A stretch of DNA of 64,000 bases, from contig CAXXLF010000002.1 of assembly GCA_963664015.2 (NCBI GenBank), positions 1,056,001 to 1,120,000 on the forward strand, given 5' to 3'. A model generated the notes under the pieces. The model did no database searches. It worked only from the letters and a program-made list of their open reading frames with translations, and was not told where the DNA came from. Both the position numbers and the translations under genes were made by a program. Below, one piece after another: positions 20,382-30,304 of the stretch (the first letter of the stretch is position 1; the number at the start of each line of letters is the position of its first letter). This stretch comes from Candidatus Binatia bacterium. Lineage in GTDB: Bacteria > Desulfobacterota > Binatia > UBA9968 > CAXXLF01.

Positions 20382-20954
20382 CTATTCCGTTTCGAAGAAA
20401 CTAACGCTGATGGTATGATTACCGCTTACCTCAAGCGCCAGGATTTCGAGTTCATACTCGGTTCCCGGCTCGAGAAACTCGTCCGACACGGTCAAGCTAT
20501 TCCGATCGGGAGGCACGTGCACGTCGAAGATCGGCCGGGAAAACCCGTTGGGATCGTCGTGCTCTTCCTTGGTAATAATGACCTCATAGCCGGTAATCGT
20601 AACGTCACCGCCGTCAAGGGTTTCAGTCACAGGCTCCCAAGTACTCTCTAGACCGGCAGGGGACCCTACAGCATCTTCCACAGGGGAGATAATCATCGGC
20701 GCTACAGGGATATCGTGGGTGAACGTGGCAAACCCATTTAACCCCCTTCCATCAAAGTTGATGCCGCGAACCTTGTATGCCCCCTCCGGAAACGCTTCCT
20801 TGAGATCCTCGATGAAAAATTCCGAATTTGGGGGCTCTCTGGATTCGAATAAAATACCCGCTATGGTCAGGTCTTTCAGCTGATTTTTGGGGTTGACTAC
20901 CAGCACCCTCCGGCCGTCCGGATCAAAGACACATAGCTTCGACCAACCGTCCAT
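20382..20954 (-). CDS. Acidic beta-rich protein with Fn3-like C-terminus, probably 5'-truncated
   Basis: WEPVT...ITGYEVII...LEPGTEYELEILA Fn3-like pattern; no signal peptide or RBS at the apparent start. Confidence 0.6.
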   Translation of the reverse strand: MDGWSKLCVFDPDGRRVLVVNPKNQLKDLTIAGILFESREPPNSEFFIEDLKEAFPEGAYKVRGINFDGRGLNGFATFTHDIPVAPMIISPVEDAVGSPAGLESTWEPVTETLDGGDVTITGYEVIITKEEHDDPNGFSRPIFDVHVPPDRNSLTVSDEFLEPGTEYELEILALEVSGNHTISVSFFETE

Positions 20955-21591
20955 TACAAAAGAAGGTAAAGGTTCTAATCAATTTGGCAGATTGTCTTTG
21001 CAAGCTTGGCTTTATGGATCACCGATATCTTCTAGCAATCATTTTTAAACAGACCCCTCCAAGAACCCTACTCGATAGTTTTTCTGAAGACGGGTACCAA
21101 GTGGTAAATCTTCCAACCCCCCCATTCGCCTCCGACTAACACCAAGATGGAGCCTGTGCCATTCAAAAAGGTAATGTAAACTCCAATGGAACTCCTCTGC
21201 GTCAATCCTATTGGAATTGTTGAGTTTCCCGATGCCTACGAGGCGTCGCCGCGGAGCTTGCCAGTGGCCCTGCGGCTTGTAGCTGCAGGTTTGCTCATTG
21301 CCTTCACCGGGGTGGGCATCGTAACTACGATGGCAACCCTCGGCACCTATTGCCTAACCTCTTATGCTGCGATGCCCACAGCAGCACCGAATTTGAAAGA
21401 GAGGGAGGTTCGTGTGGCCGGCAGTCCATACCACAGAATTCCTGACTTGCAATAACACCACGGTCCCATTTCATCCGGCCGCGGGAATGAAGTCACCCCT
21501 AGAATTTCAAGCACTTAAGTGGCTTGACAACCCCCTCCTTACACTATATTTATCATCTCATGTTCCGACTAAAGGCTCCCGGAGATTCTTT

Positions 21592-22083
21592 ATGACGTCA
21601 CTCATCCGGAACGAGCCGGGCGCGGCCGGTACACTCCGAGTCCTTCGCACGCTTTTGTTGATTATTTTTCTGTTAGGACTCATGGGCACCACGGTGGAAT
21701 TGTTACTGGTGGGGCACGTCGAAGAGTTCTGGCAGTTCCTCCCGCTAGTCATAATCTCACTCACCTTGGTAGTACTCGGTTGGTGCGCCGCCCACCGCGG
21801 CTCCGCGAGCATGCGGGCCTTTCAGGGCACCATGATGCTCTTCATAGTGAGCGGCTGTGTCGGGCTCTGGTTACACTACCGGGCAAACGTGGAATTTGCA
21901 CTGGAGACGCATCCAACTCTTAGGGGAGCGACCCTCTTTCTGAAGGCGGTCAAAGGAGCCGTGCCGCCGACCCTTGCTCCAGGAATCATGATCCAGCTAG
22001 GGCTGTTGGGTCTCGCCTACGCCTACGGTCACCCGGCCCTGACGCAAGGAAATGTAAAAAAGTCCAGCGACATAGAAGAATGA
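21592..22083 (+). CDS. Four-TM membrane protein
   Basis: GGAG RBS; ELLLVGHVEE, GLWLHYRANVEF, PPTLAPG; stop overlaps the next start (ATGA). Confidence 0.75.
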   Translation: MTSLIRNEPGAAGTLRVLRTLLLIIFLLGLMGTTVELLLVGHVEEFWQFLPLVIISLTLVVLGWCAAHRGSASMRAFQGTMMLFIVSGCVGLWLHYRANVEFALETHPTLRGATLFLKAVKGAVPPTLAPGIMIQLGLLGLAYAYGHPALTQGNVKKSSDIEE

Positions 22084-22754
22084 TAATGAATCGGATCAAG
22101 TCAGTTCTTTCCACTGTGTTTACCATCCTCGTGCTGGTGGCGGGAGTGGCAGGTACGGCTTCAGGCCAGGTGGGGAAAAATCAAGGGGTGGTGAACCCGA
22201 ACCTTGCCGGCAAAGAAGAACTGATGGCGCTCCCCCACCTCAACGAAGCTATCGTCAAGGACCTCACCGACCAGCGCCCCTTTCTCACCATGACGGACCT
22301 GAATACCATACCCAGCCGCTCCCTTAATAAGGAACAGTTGAGCACGCTCTATGCCAAACTCTTCGTGCCCATCAATCTCAATACCGCAACACGGGAAGAG
22401 ATCCTGCTCGTCCCAGGGGTAGGACATCGCATGGCGCACGAGTTTGAAGAGTACCGTCCCTATCGATCCCTGAACCAGTTTCGCCGTGAGATGGGCAAAT
22501 ATGTGGACGACAAAGAAGTGGCTCGCCTGGAGCAGTACGTCTTCGTCCCTATCGAACTCAACAGCGCGAGCGAAGTTGCCATCCGCAGCATTCCCGGCAT
22601 CGGCCGCCGCATGGTGCACGAATTCAAGGAATACCGGCCCTACCGCAGCATTGGGCAATTCCGCCGTGAGATCGGCAAATATGTGGACGACAAAGAACTC
22701 TCGAGGCTCGAAAGATACGTCACCCTGGAGACGGCATCGGGGGAGCCCAACTAG
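22080..22754 (+). CDS. Exported helix-hairpin-helix repeat protein (ComEA/HHH_3-like)
   Basis: Signal peptide; INLNTA...VPGVG and IELNSA...IPGIG repeats with a 180-bp period. Confidence 0.8.
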   Translation: MIMNRIKSVLSTVFTILVLVAGVAGTASGQVGKNQGVVNPNLAGKEELMALPHLNEAIVKDLTDQRPFLTMTDLNTIPSRSLNKEQLSTLYAKLFVPINLNTATREEILLVPGVGHRMAHEFEEYRPYRSLNQFRREMGKYVDDKEVARLEQYVFVPIELNSASEVAIRSIPGIGRRMVHEFKEYRPYRSIGQFRREIGKYVDDKELSRLERYVTLETASGEPN

Positions 22755-23167
22755 AGCCAGTAGAGCATGCCGTAGACTATTACCCCCGTTACCGATACAT
22801 AGAGCCAAAGAGGCAGGGTCCACCGGGCGATCCGCTTGTGCCTGTCAAAGTTTCCCTTCAAAGCCCGTTTTAGGGTAATGAGTGCCATTGGAACAATGGT
22901 CACGGCCAGAATCGCATGGGAGATTAAAATCGAGAAGTAAACGGGACGAATCCAACCCTGTCCCTCAAAGGGGACAGAACCCACATTGTAGTGGTAAATG
23001 AGGTAGGAGATTAAAAAAAGTGCTGAGGTACAAAAGGCCCCTAGCATGCAGAGCTGGTGGGCGACGATCCGGCCGCGCCGGATGTGGCGATACCCATAGA
23101 CCAACAGCAGGAGACTGAGCGAATTCAGTCCCGCATTGAGGTGGGGCAAATACGACAGCGGAAACAA
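22751..23167 (-). CDS. DUF420 family cytochrome oxidase assembly membrane protein
   Basis: LPHLNAGLN, HQLCM, FLISYLIYH, HKRIARWTLPLWLYVSVTG. Confidence 0.88.
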   Translation of the reverse strand: MFPLSYLPHLNAGLNSLSLLLLVYGYRHIRRGRIVAHQLCMLGAFCTSALFLISYLIYHYNVGSVPFEGQGWIRPVYFSILISHAILAVTIVPMALITLKRALKGNFDRHKRIARWTLPLWLYVSVTGVIVYGMLYWL

Positions 23168-23175
23168 ATCTACAG

Positions 23176-23445
23176 TCAGGACAGTCCTGGAATCAGCATC
23201 AGGATCAAGAAGACGCAGAGAACGAACGGCGACAGGGCAATCCATGTGAGTGTCTTGCGCTCATACTTGAGGTGCATGAAGTACATGGCTACCAGCGCCG
23301 CCTTGGTAATGGCCATCCCCACGAGCAGAATTGCAATCATCATTTTGGGAATGTTCAGATAGATGACAGCGACCTCCAGGATCGTCAGAGCGAGGAGCCA
23401 CCAAAAAACGGCCATATAGTTCGGTCCCGTATGTGCTTGAGACAT
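23176..23445 (-). CDS. ctaF: Cytochrome c oxidase subunit IV
   Basis: LLALTILEV, KAALVAMYFMHLKYE. Confidence 0.9.
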   Translation of the reverse strand: MSQAHTGPNYMAVFWWLLALTILEVAVIYLNIPKMMIAILLVGMAITKAALVAMYFMHLKYERKTLTWIALSPFVLCVFLILMLIPGLS

Positions 23446-23456
23446 GATTAATTACC

Positions 23457-24065
23457 TCACAACAGATAAATGAAAGTAAAGATCAGGATCCAGACCAGGT
23501 CGACAAAGTGCCAATAGAGCCCTGAGATCTCCACTTCACCGGCCCCATAGGTGCCCCGCCTCACCGCGAAAAATACACAAATGTTATAAATCACTCCCCC
23601 GGTAACGTGCATTCCGTGGAAACCCGTGAGGACAAAAAAGGTCGCTGCAAACAAATGCGTGGAGAAGGAAAACCCGGCTTCAGGCAACGTGTGGTTTATC
23701 AGATGAGTCCACTCATAGGCCTGGAGGCCAAGAAAGGCCGCCCCGCTCAAGATGGTCAGCCCCATAAATCGGGTAAACCCCTTCACGTCCCCTCTCTGAA
23801 CGGCAGATAGAGACTGAACCATGGTAACGCTGCTACAGATCAGCAGAAAGGTCATCAGGGCCGTCAGGTTGATCCCGAGGACCGCCGAAGGCACCGGCCA
23901 GCTGGAGCTCAGGCCTCGAAAGGTCCCGTAGCATACGATCAGTGTGCCAAAACTCATGGCATCCCCCGCTATGAAAAGCCACATCCCCAGCTTGCCCCAG
24001 CTTTCCGGGGTCAGGGGTGATTCAGCCGGTTCGGCGGATGGATGCATCACCGCAGCTTGACTCAT
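23457..24065 (-). CDS. ctaE: Cytochrome c oxidase subunit III (paralog b)
   Basis: KLGMWLF, LTGFHGMHV, GLYWHFVDLVWI. Confidence 0.92.
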   Translation of the reverse strand: MSQAAVMHPSAEPAESPLTPESWGKLGMWLFIAGDAMSFGTLIVCYGTFRGLSSSWPVPSAVLGINLTALMTFLLICSSVTMVQSLSAVQRGDVKGFTRFMGLTILSGAAFLGLQAYEWTHLINHTLPEAGFSFSTHLFAATFFVLTGFHGMHVTGGVIYNICVFFAVRRGTYGAGEVEISGLYWHFVDLVWILIFTFIYLL

Positions 24066-24109
24066 CTTCTATCCTCCTTCGATCTCGCAATCATTTTCAA
24101 CAATGGCCT

Positions 24110-24376
24110 CTACCCTTCAAGTTCGTGTTGGTTTTTCACCGCACGCCGCTGGCTATAGAAGATCCATGCTCCGATGGATCCGCCAATAACGTAAGGCGTG
24201 GCCATAAGAAAAAGGACGGTCCAGTTCATCGCCGTAGCCACAGATTCTTCCCCGGCAGTCCCGATTCGGGGAAAAAGGAAAAGCTCCGAGGTTAGACAAC
24301 CAGCGAAAACTAGCAACCTGTAACCCATTTCAATCCCAATACCCCGATAGCTAACCCATCCTTTTCCCGGAATCAA
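24110..24376 (-). CDS. Small membrane protein in the oxidase operon
   Basis: Hydrophobic LFLMATPYVIGGSIGAWIF; lies between the two subunit III genes; start uncertain. Confidence 0.5.
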   Translation of the reverse strand: MIPGKGWVSYRGIGIEMGYRLLVFAGCLTSELFLFPRIGTAGEESVATAMNWTVLFLMATPYVIGGSIGAWIFYSQRRAVKNQHELEG

Positions 24377-24385
24377 TGTGCTACT

Positions 24386-25042
24386 CTATATCAGATAGAC
24401 CAATGTAAAAAGCAGCGGCCAGAGGCCGACCACAAAGGTCCAGTAGAGAGTAAAAGTTTCGACGACTACATGGCGACCAGCCGTAAATCGCCCCTGCCTT
24501 GCCTGGATTAATATAACCAGCAACCAGACGGCGGCAAGCAACACGTGTAATCCGTGAAATCCGATCAGCGTGTAAAATGTCGACCCGTAAATTCCGCTCG
24601 ATACTGTGAGCCCGAAATGAACCAGGCGGACCCACTCGTATCCCTGCACACAGAGGAAGAGGATTCCCAGCATCGCCGTGCCCCCAAGCCACCGTACGAG
24701 ACCAACGGATTCCCCGTTACGAATCGCGTTCAAGGCGCGATGGGCCGTCCAACCGCTTAGCAGAAGCACAAATGTGTTGACTCCGGTTACACCCAGAGGG
24801 AGACGCGGCTGAGACAGGGGCGGCCAGATCTCGCTGCCGAGACGAAAGACCAGGAAGGAACCGATAAGCCCGGCAAAAAACATTGTCTCCGCTCCCAAAA
24901 ACATTAACAGGCCGAGGCGCGCATTGCTCATGGCGGGAACCGTAGAGGGATAAGATGGAGGGCCCCCGGCAAAACCGGTGAGGTCCGACTCACCCTCAAC
25001 GGTCAGTTCCACCGGGCGCCTGACAATCGCCGCTCTAGCCAT
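24386..25042 (-). CDS. ctaE: Cytochrome c oxidase subunit III (paralog a)
   Basis: FLGAETMFFAG, NTFVLLLS, FYTLIGFHGLHV, YWTFV. Confidence 0.9.
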   Translation of the reverse strand: MARAAIVRRPVELTVEGESDLTGFAGGPPSYPSTVPAMSNARLGLLMFLGAETMFFAGLIGSFLVFRLGSEIWPPLSQPRLPLGVTGVNTFVLLLSGWTAHRALNAIRNGESVGLVRWLGGTAMLGILFLCVQGYEWVRLVHFGLTVSSGIYGSTFYTLIGFHGLHVLLAAVWLLVILIQARQGRFTAGRHVVVETFTLYWTFVVGLWPLLFTLVYLI

Positions 25043-25185
25043 GATTTTGCATCTCATTATCCCTAGTACACTATGATAAAAGCAATTGAGGCTACCACGT
25101 ATAGCAGCATAAAAAGACCGATTAACAGACCAACTCTCCGATTCTGCTGTTTTTGTGTCTCCTTCACCTTACCATCCTCCAATGG

Positions 25186-26091
25186 TTACAGTGTAATCCT
25201 GTCGACGGCCATAAACAGAAGTAATACGGGTAAATAGATCAAAGACGCAATGAGAAGCCTTCGTGCGGCAACCGCAGATTTAGAACGGGCGAAAGCAATT
25301 CCACAGACAAGAAACATCAGCCCAATGGTAACCGCCGCCGCACCGTACAACACACCGGCCAAACCGAGATAGGTTGGTAAAAGGCTAACCAGCAGCAAGG
25401 CCACCGAGTGCCCCACCGCATGACGCCCCGTTCGAATCCCGTCCTCATCGATGACCGGGAGAAAACGGATATTGGCCCGGGCAAAGTCGTCCCGATAGAG
25501 CCTGGCGATAGCTAGCGTGTGCGGTATCTGCCAGAAGAACAAGATTCCAAAGAGAACCCAGGCTTCAACCGTGAGACCACCACTGGCTGCTGCCCAGCCA
25601 ATCATAGGAGGCAGCGCCCCAGGCACCGCCCCCACCAGGCCGCACATGGACGACTTCTGTTTGAGCGGTGTATAGAAAAACAGATAGGTCCCCACAATCA
25701 AAGCAGTCAGCAGCGCACTCAACAGGTTCACCGCCCCAGCCAGCAGTGCCAGGCCGCCAACAGTCAACACGACGCCAAAGAACAGTGCCGCCGGCGGTTG
25801 GACGCGCCCTTCCGGGAGCGGTCGATGGCGGGTTCGGTTCATGAATGCGTCGGTCTCACGTTCCATTAACTGATTGAGAGCGAGTGTCCCCCCCGCAGCC
25901 AACGCGGTCCCTAAGAGTGCCGGTATCAGACGAACATAGGCCAAGACCGATGGGGAACCCATGTAGAACCCCACGCAGGTACTAATGAGGATCATCAGGA
26001 CCAGACGGGGCTTGGTAAGCTCAAAGAGGTCCAGGGCCCTGCGGCAACTGCTGCTCCATGAAACCGCTATGGTATCGACGCTGAAACTCAT
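25186..26091 (-). CDS. ctaB: Protoheme IX farnesyltransferase (heme O synthase)
   Basis: ELTKPR, NQLMERETDAFMNRTRHRPLP, YTPLK, WQIPH. Confidence 0.95.
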   Translation of the reverse strand: MSFSVDTIAVSWSSSCRRALDLFELTKPRLVLMILISTCVGFYMGSPSVLAYVRLIPALLGTALAAGGTLALNQLMERETDAFMNRTRHRPLPEGRVQPPAALFFGVVLTVGGLALLAGAVNLLSALLTALIVGTYLFFYTPLKQKSSMCGLVGAVPGALPPMIGWAAASGGLTVEAWVLFGILFFWQIPHTLAIARLYRDDFARANIRFLPVIDEDGIRTGRHAVGHSVALLLVSLLPTYLGLAGVLYGAAAVTIGLMFLVCGIAFARSKSAVAARRLLIASLIYLPVLLLFMAVDRITL

Positions 26092-27080
26092 GCGGAAACC
26101 TCTCCCGACGCCTTAGGGTTGGCAGTAAAACTTGGATCCGAGGCCGTGCTGCGGGAGCTCAAATACCGATAGGCACGAAGCGTTATGACCAGGCTCGTCG
26201 CCAGCATCAGTGCCCCCACAACCACATGAGTGGTGGCAAGGGTAACCAGGGTAACGGATTGCATCGACCACCCGAAGGCCCCGAACTTTCCAACGTAGGA
26301 ACCCAACCCCAGGCCCAACTGCAGGATCAATAGGCACCCAAGGATGAGTACCGGCACCGACAGCCTAGGCTCGGACTTCGGCATTCTATGAATTCGATTT
26401 CCCATTAGCACAACATGTACAACTACAAGGAAAGCCAACAGGAGATGACCTTCCAGCAAGGTCCCGGTATACCGGAGTACGGCTCCGAATACGACTTGAA
26501 GATAGATGAGACCTGTTGTCAACAATGAAAGACGTTGCACTCGTCCTGCATCAGGGGTCTGGATCCGTCTTGAAGATTTTACCCACTCTTTAGAGGTAAA
26601 AAGGGCCAGGCTAACCAAAAGGGCAAAAAAGGCCTGAGCTATACATCCATGGACTACCGCCAGGTTCTGCTCGAGCAGTACCACGCGTAACCCACCAAGA
26701 ATTCCCTGCACTATCACCAGGACCAGAGCGAGGAGGCCCAACCAACGAACCCACCGGCGTGGCTCCCGGATCCAAAGCAGCAGGGCCAGCAATACGGTGA
26801 GCAGCCCAACCCCAGAAGCAAACAAACGGTGCCCATGCTCATAAAAGACACCGCCAACCATCCCAGACCAGGGGTAGAGAAACATGTTGTGCCCGAAGGT
26901 TGTGGGCCAATCGGGTACCGCAAGACCCACCCCTTTACTGGTCACCAGGCCGCCAATGAATAGTAAGGCAACGGTTGCGCACGCGTTCAGCAACGCGAGC
27001 CGGTGGGCCCCGTTGGATACCGGCAACCGGGCATCATTATGATCAAACACCTTCATCAACTCCCCGCAATGAATACGCAA
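26088..27080 (-). CDS. ctaA: Heme A synthase (COX15/CtaA)
   Basis: GLAVPDWP, EHGHR, QGILGGLRV, VHG; start uncertain. Confidence 0.9.
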   Translation of the reverse strand: MRIHCGELMKVFDHNDARLPVSNGAHRLALLNACATVALLFIGGLVTSKGVGLAVPDWPTTFGHNMFLYPWSGMVGGVFYEHGHRLFASGVGLLTVLLALLLWIREPRRWVRWLGLLALVLVIVQGILGGLRVVLLEQNLAVVHGCIAQAFFALLVSLALFTSKEWVKSSRRIQTPDAGRVQRLSLLTTGLIYLQVVFGAVLRYTGTLLEGHLLLAFLVVVHVVLMGNRIHRMPKSEPRLSVPVLILGCLLILQLGLGLGSYVGKFGAFGWSMQSVTLVTLATTHVVVGALMLATSLVITLRAYRYLSSRSTASDPSFTANPKASGEVSA

Positions 27081-27143
27081 CCATCATGGGATGAATCTCA
27101 TCCAATGGGGTGGGGCCAAACGCTGTCCATCGTACTCTTTTAT

Positions 27144-28895
27144 CTATTGACCCGAACCCGCTGTAGAGCCAGGGGCCAGCTCCCGGTCCTGAGGTAAGAA
27201 ATCCTCCGTCACCTCAGGAGAGCTGTACTCGTAAGCTCCACGATAGACGACGGGAGAGTCCACAAAATTTCCGTGGGGCGGTGGCGAAGGGGCGCTCCAT
27301 TCCAAGGTATTGGCCTCCCAGGGGTTGTCTCCTGCATTCTTTACAGCGAATAACCCATGAACAAAATTGATCAGGAACGGAATCTGCGAGAGTACCAACA
27401 AAAACGCACTGATAGTGATAAACACGTTCCACGACTGCATGGGAGCGATGAATTCATACTGGAGGGGATTATAGATCCGTCGCATGTGACCGCCGACCCC
27501 CAGAAAGTGCATAGGGAAGAAGGCCAGATTGAAAAAGATATACGTAAGAAAAAAATGAATTTTCCCCCAGGTCTCGTTCAACACGCGGCCGAACATCTTT
27601 GGGAACCAGTAGTAGACCGCAGCGAACAAAGCAAAAATAATCCCCGCTACAACGTAGTGAAAATGGGCAACGATAAAATAAGTGTCATGAATAAAGATAT
27701 CCACCGGGGTGGAAGCCATGAATATCCCACTCAAGCCCCCGACCACGAACGCGGAAAGAAAACCAACCCCGAAGAGCATGGGGGTAGTAAAGCGGATGGA
27801 ACCACCCCAGAGAGTCCCCATCCAATTGAACGTCTTGATGGCCGAGGGAATTGCGATAACCATCGTTGTCATCATAAAGGCCGTGCCCAGCAGCGGATTC
27901 ATGCCGCTGATAAACATGTGGTGCCCCCAGACGATCCACGAGAGAAAGGCAATGGCAATCATGGAATAGGCCATGGCCCGGTATCCAAAAACAGGCTTGC
28001 GCGAGAAGGTCGACAGGACCTCGGAGGTCACTCCCATGGCCGGTAAAACCAGAATGTAAACCTCGGGATGGCCAAAGAACCAGAAGAGGTGCTGCCAGAG
28101 TAGGGGATCGCCGCCGCCCTCGGGTAGAAAAAAACTGGTTCCCAGCATACGGTCAAAGCCCAGCATGGCCAAGGCCGCAGTCAAAACGGGAAGCGCCAAG
28201 AGAAGCAAGATGGCCGTGATGAATAGGGACCAGATAACTAGCGGCATGCGAAAGTAGGTCATGCCGGGAGCGCGCATATTGACGATTGTCGTAATGTAAT
28301 TGATGGAACCCATGAGGGAGGAGAACCCGAGAACGAAAAGACTGATAACCCAAAGGTTCTGCCCCCAACCGACACCCGTATAAATGGCCTTCGCCGAGAG
28401 GGTCGCATAGGCAGTCCAACCAGAAGCCGCCGCTCCGCCGGGGACAAAGAAGCTCGCTATCATAAGCACTCCGGCTATCGCCCCTACCCAGAAGGAAAGC
28501 ATATTGAGCACTGGGAAAGCCATATCCCGCGTGCCGATCATGAGAGGGATCAGGAAGTTACCAAAGCATCCGACCATGATGGGCATGACGACGAAGAAGA
28601 TCATGATGGTAGCATGCATCGTGAAGAGCATGTTGTAGGTCTGAGGCGGGATGATGCCCTCGTACATGGTGGGCTCTGCTACCCACCCCATCCCGGGCAC
28701 CGCCGTCTCGGGCCAGGCCAGCTGCCAGCGCATGAGCATAGCCAGGAAACCGCCGAGAAAGAGCATAACCAAACCGAGGAACAAGAACTGGCGGCCGATC
28801 ATCTTGTGATCAGTCGAAAAGATATAGGTTCGCCAGAAACCTATCTCTGCATGGTGTCCATGGTCCTCATGCGCCACCGCTCCGGCATCACTCAT
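27144..28895 (-). CDS. ctaD: Cytochrome c oxidase subunit I, type A1
   Basis: STDHKMIG, TMHAT, DMAFP, WFFGHPEVY, WGHH, HDTYFIVAHFHY. Confidence 0.97.
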   Translation of the reverse strand: MSDAGAVAHEDHGHHAEIGFWRTYIFSTDHKMIGRQFLFLGLVMLFLGGFLAMLMRWQLAWPETAVPGMGWVAEPTMYEGIIPPQTYNMLFTMHATIMIFFVVMPIMVGCFGNFLIPLMIGTRDMAFPVLNMLSFWVGAIAGVLMIASFFVPGGAAASGWTAYATLSAKAIYTGVGWGQNLWVISLFVLGFSSLMGSINYITTIVNMRAPGMTYFRMPLVIWSLFITAILLLLALPVLTAALAMLGFDRMLGTSFFLPEGGGDPLLWQHLFWFFGHPEVYILVLPAMGVTSEVLSTFSRKPVFGYRAMAYSMIAIAFLSWIVWGHHMFISGMNPLLGTAFMMTTMVIAIPSAIKTFNWMGTLWGGSIRFTTPMLFGVGFLSAFVVGGLSGIFMASTPVDIFIHDTYFIVAHFHYVVAGIIFALFAAVYYWFPKMFGRVLNETWGKIHFFLTYIFFNLAFFPMHFLGVGGHMRRIYNPLQYEFIAPMQSWNVFITISAFLLVLSQIPFLINFVHGLFAVKNAGDNPWEANTLEWSAPSPPPHGNFVDSPVVYRGAYEYSSPEVTEDFLPQDRELAPGSTAGSGQ

Positions 28896-28967
28896 CCCTG
28901 ACTCCTTCCATCCCTGAAATACATTTAGTTGAATTTATGATTAATTCGTCCCGAAGGCTTTGATCCG

Positions 28968-29621
28968 TTATCCACGGACCTGCTGAACCCATTTCGCATA
29001 GTCTTCAGGCGTATCGACGTAGAGCCAACCGACCATACCGGAATGCCCAAACCCGCACAGCTCGGCACAGGGGAGTTCGTACTTGCCCGTCTTGATCGCC
29101 TCAAACCAGACCAGAATCTCGCGGCCCGGGATTGCATCCTGCTTGACCCTTAAATTGGGGAGAAAAAAACTATGGATCACGTCTTGTGACGAAAGGCGAA
29201 TGCGGATCACCTTGTTGACGGGCACGTGCATATCGTTGTCTACTTTGAGATCATCCGGGGTGCCGAACTTTTTATCCGGACCCGGATAAACGATTTCCCA
29301 GTTGAACTGCTTACCAGTCACCTTAACCTCGAAATCACTGGGCGGGGCGTTGACTTTGATTTTCGCCCAGGTCGAAGCGCTGACGAATGATAGGATTAGC
29401 AGGATAATCGTCGGAATCACCGTCCAGGTAATTTCTATGGTCGTATTGCCATGGCAATATACGGCCCTGCGTCCGGCACGATGCCGGTACAGGATCAGAA
29501 AGATAATCGTTATTACCGTGACTAACACGAGAACCGTACCGGTCAGGTAGTAAATAAAATAAAATAACGAATCAATCTCGCCGCCGAAAGTGGATACGTT
29601 TTCTGGAAGCCATTGCATCAT
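28968..29621 (-). CDS. ctaC: Cytochrome c oxidase subunit II (CuA, no heme c domain)
   Basis: EITWT, DVIHSF, CAELCGFGHSGM. Confidence 0.95.
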   Translation of the reverse strand: MMQWLPENVSTFGGEIDSLFYFIYYLTGTVLVLVTVITIIFLILYRHRAGRRAVYCHGNTTIEITWTVIPTIILLILSFVSASTWAKIKVNAPPSDFEVKVTGKQFNWEIVYPGPDKKFGTPDDLKVDNDMHVPVNKVIRIRLSSQDVIHSFFLPNLRVKQDAIPGREILVWFEAIKTGKYELPCAELCGFGHSGMVGWLYVDTPEDYAKWVQQVRG

Positions 29622-29799
29622 GGGAGGATACTGCCTCTTCTTTTCTCAGGATTTAGATAACTTTTGCTACCATAGTTTTCCCCCTTTGATCAAGGGGAAA
29701 AATGAGATTGTAAAAGCCATTCACCATTGCTAGAAGTAATTATCGTGGAATCATCGGGAGCTCGCCATTTTCGCCCAGACAATTAACCATTGGATACAC

Positions 29800-30261
29800 G
29801 TGGCATCGTTCGCCCTTTGGATCGGTGCTATATTTTGCTTCCTGTTTGTCTTTGCCCCAGCGGTAAAAGGCTTACCTTCCTCCACGGCAATTCCCCTTCT
29901 CAACCAAGGACGACGTAACTTTCAAGCCTTTTCCTGGCTTATCATCGCGCTGTTAATCCTGACCGGAATTGCCAATCTGGTTTTTAGCGGCAAGGCGGCG
30001 GGGATAGCACCAGGCTCGACTTACACTATGATCCTGGGGCTGAAGCTCTTCCTCTTCCTGGCGATGGTCCTCCATCACTCAATTCAGGCTTTCAAATACG
30101 GACCGAGAATCGAATCATTAACTGCCCTGGTACCCCCAGGGAGCGAGAATTGGCCTGATACCCTGCTCGCCCAATGGAACCGGTGGTTCATTTTGCTCAA
30201 GATCAATGGGACACTTGGCCCATTGATCTTGCTCGTGGCGGTAGGTTTGAAGGGATTCTAA
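29800..30261 (+). CDS. CopD/DUF4149-like membrane protein
   Basis: (HWIHV)ASFALWIG, LILTGIAN, LGLKLFL; the true start probably lies upstream. Confidence 0.6.
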   Translation: MASFALWIGAIFCFLFVFAPAVKGLPSSTAIPLLNQGRRNFQAFSWLIIALLILTGIANLVFSGKAAGIAPGSTYTMILGLKLFLFLAMVLHHSIQAFKYGPRIESLTALVPPGSENWPDTLLAQWNRWFILLKINGTLGPLILLVAVGLKGF

Positions 30262-30304
30262 ACAGGAAAAGGCTCATCATCCCACGAGCCAGAGATCTTT
30301 CATA

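Noticed and set aside
19560-21200. attC sites or a cassette array next to the integrase relic
   Set aside because: Some RYYYAAC-like words occur, but I could not pair them with GTTRRRY ends in a convincing attC fold, and the region lies 3' of the integrase relic.
21186-21455. 89-aa ORF with a hydrophobic stretch
   Set aside because: No RBS or family motif recognised, so it cannot be supported as a gene.
29676-29726. FNR/Rex-like site upstream of the oxidase operon
   Set aside because: The imperfect palindrome around TTGATCAA and a Rex-like word both have wrong spacing; too weak to call.
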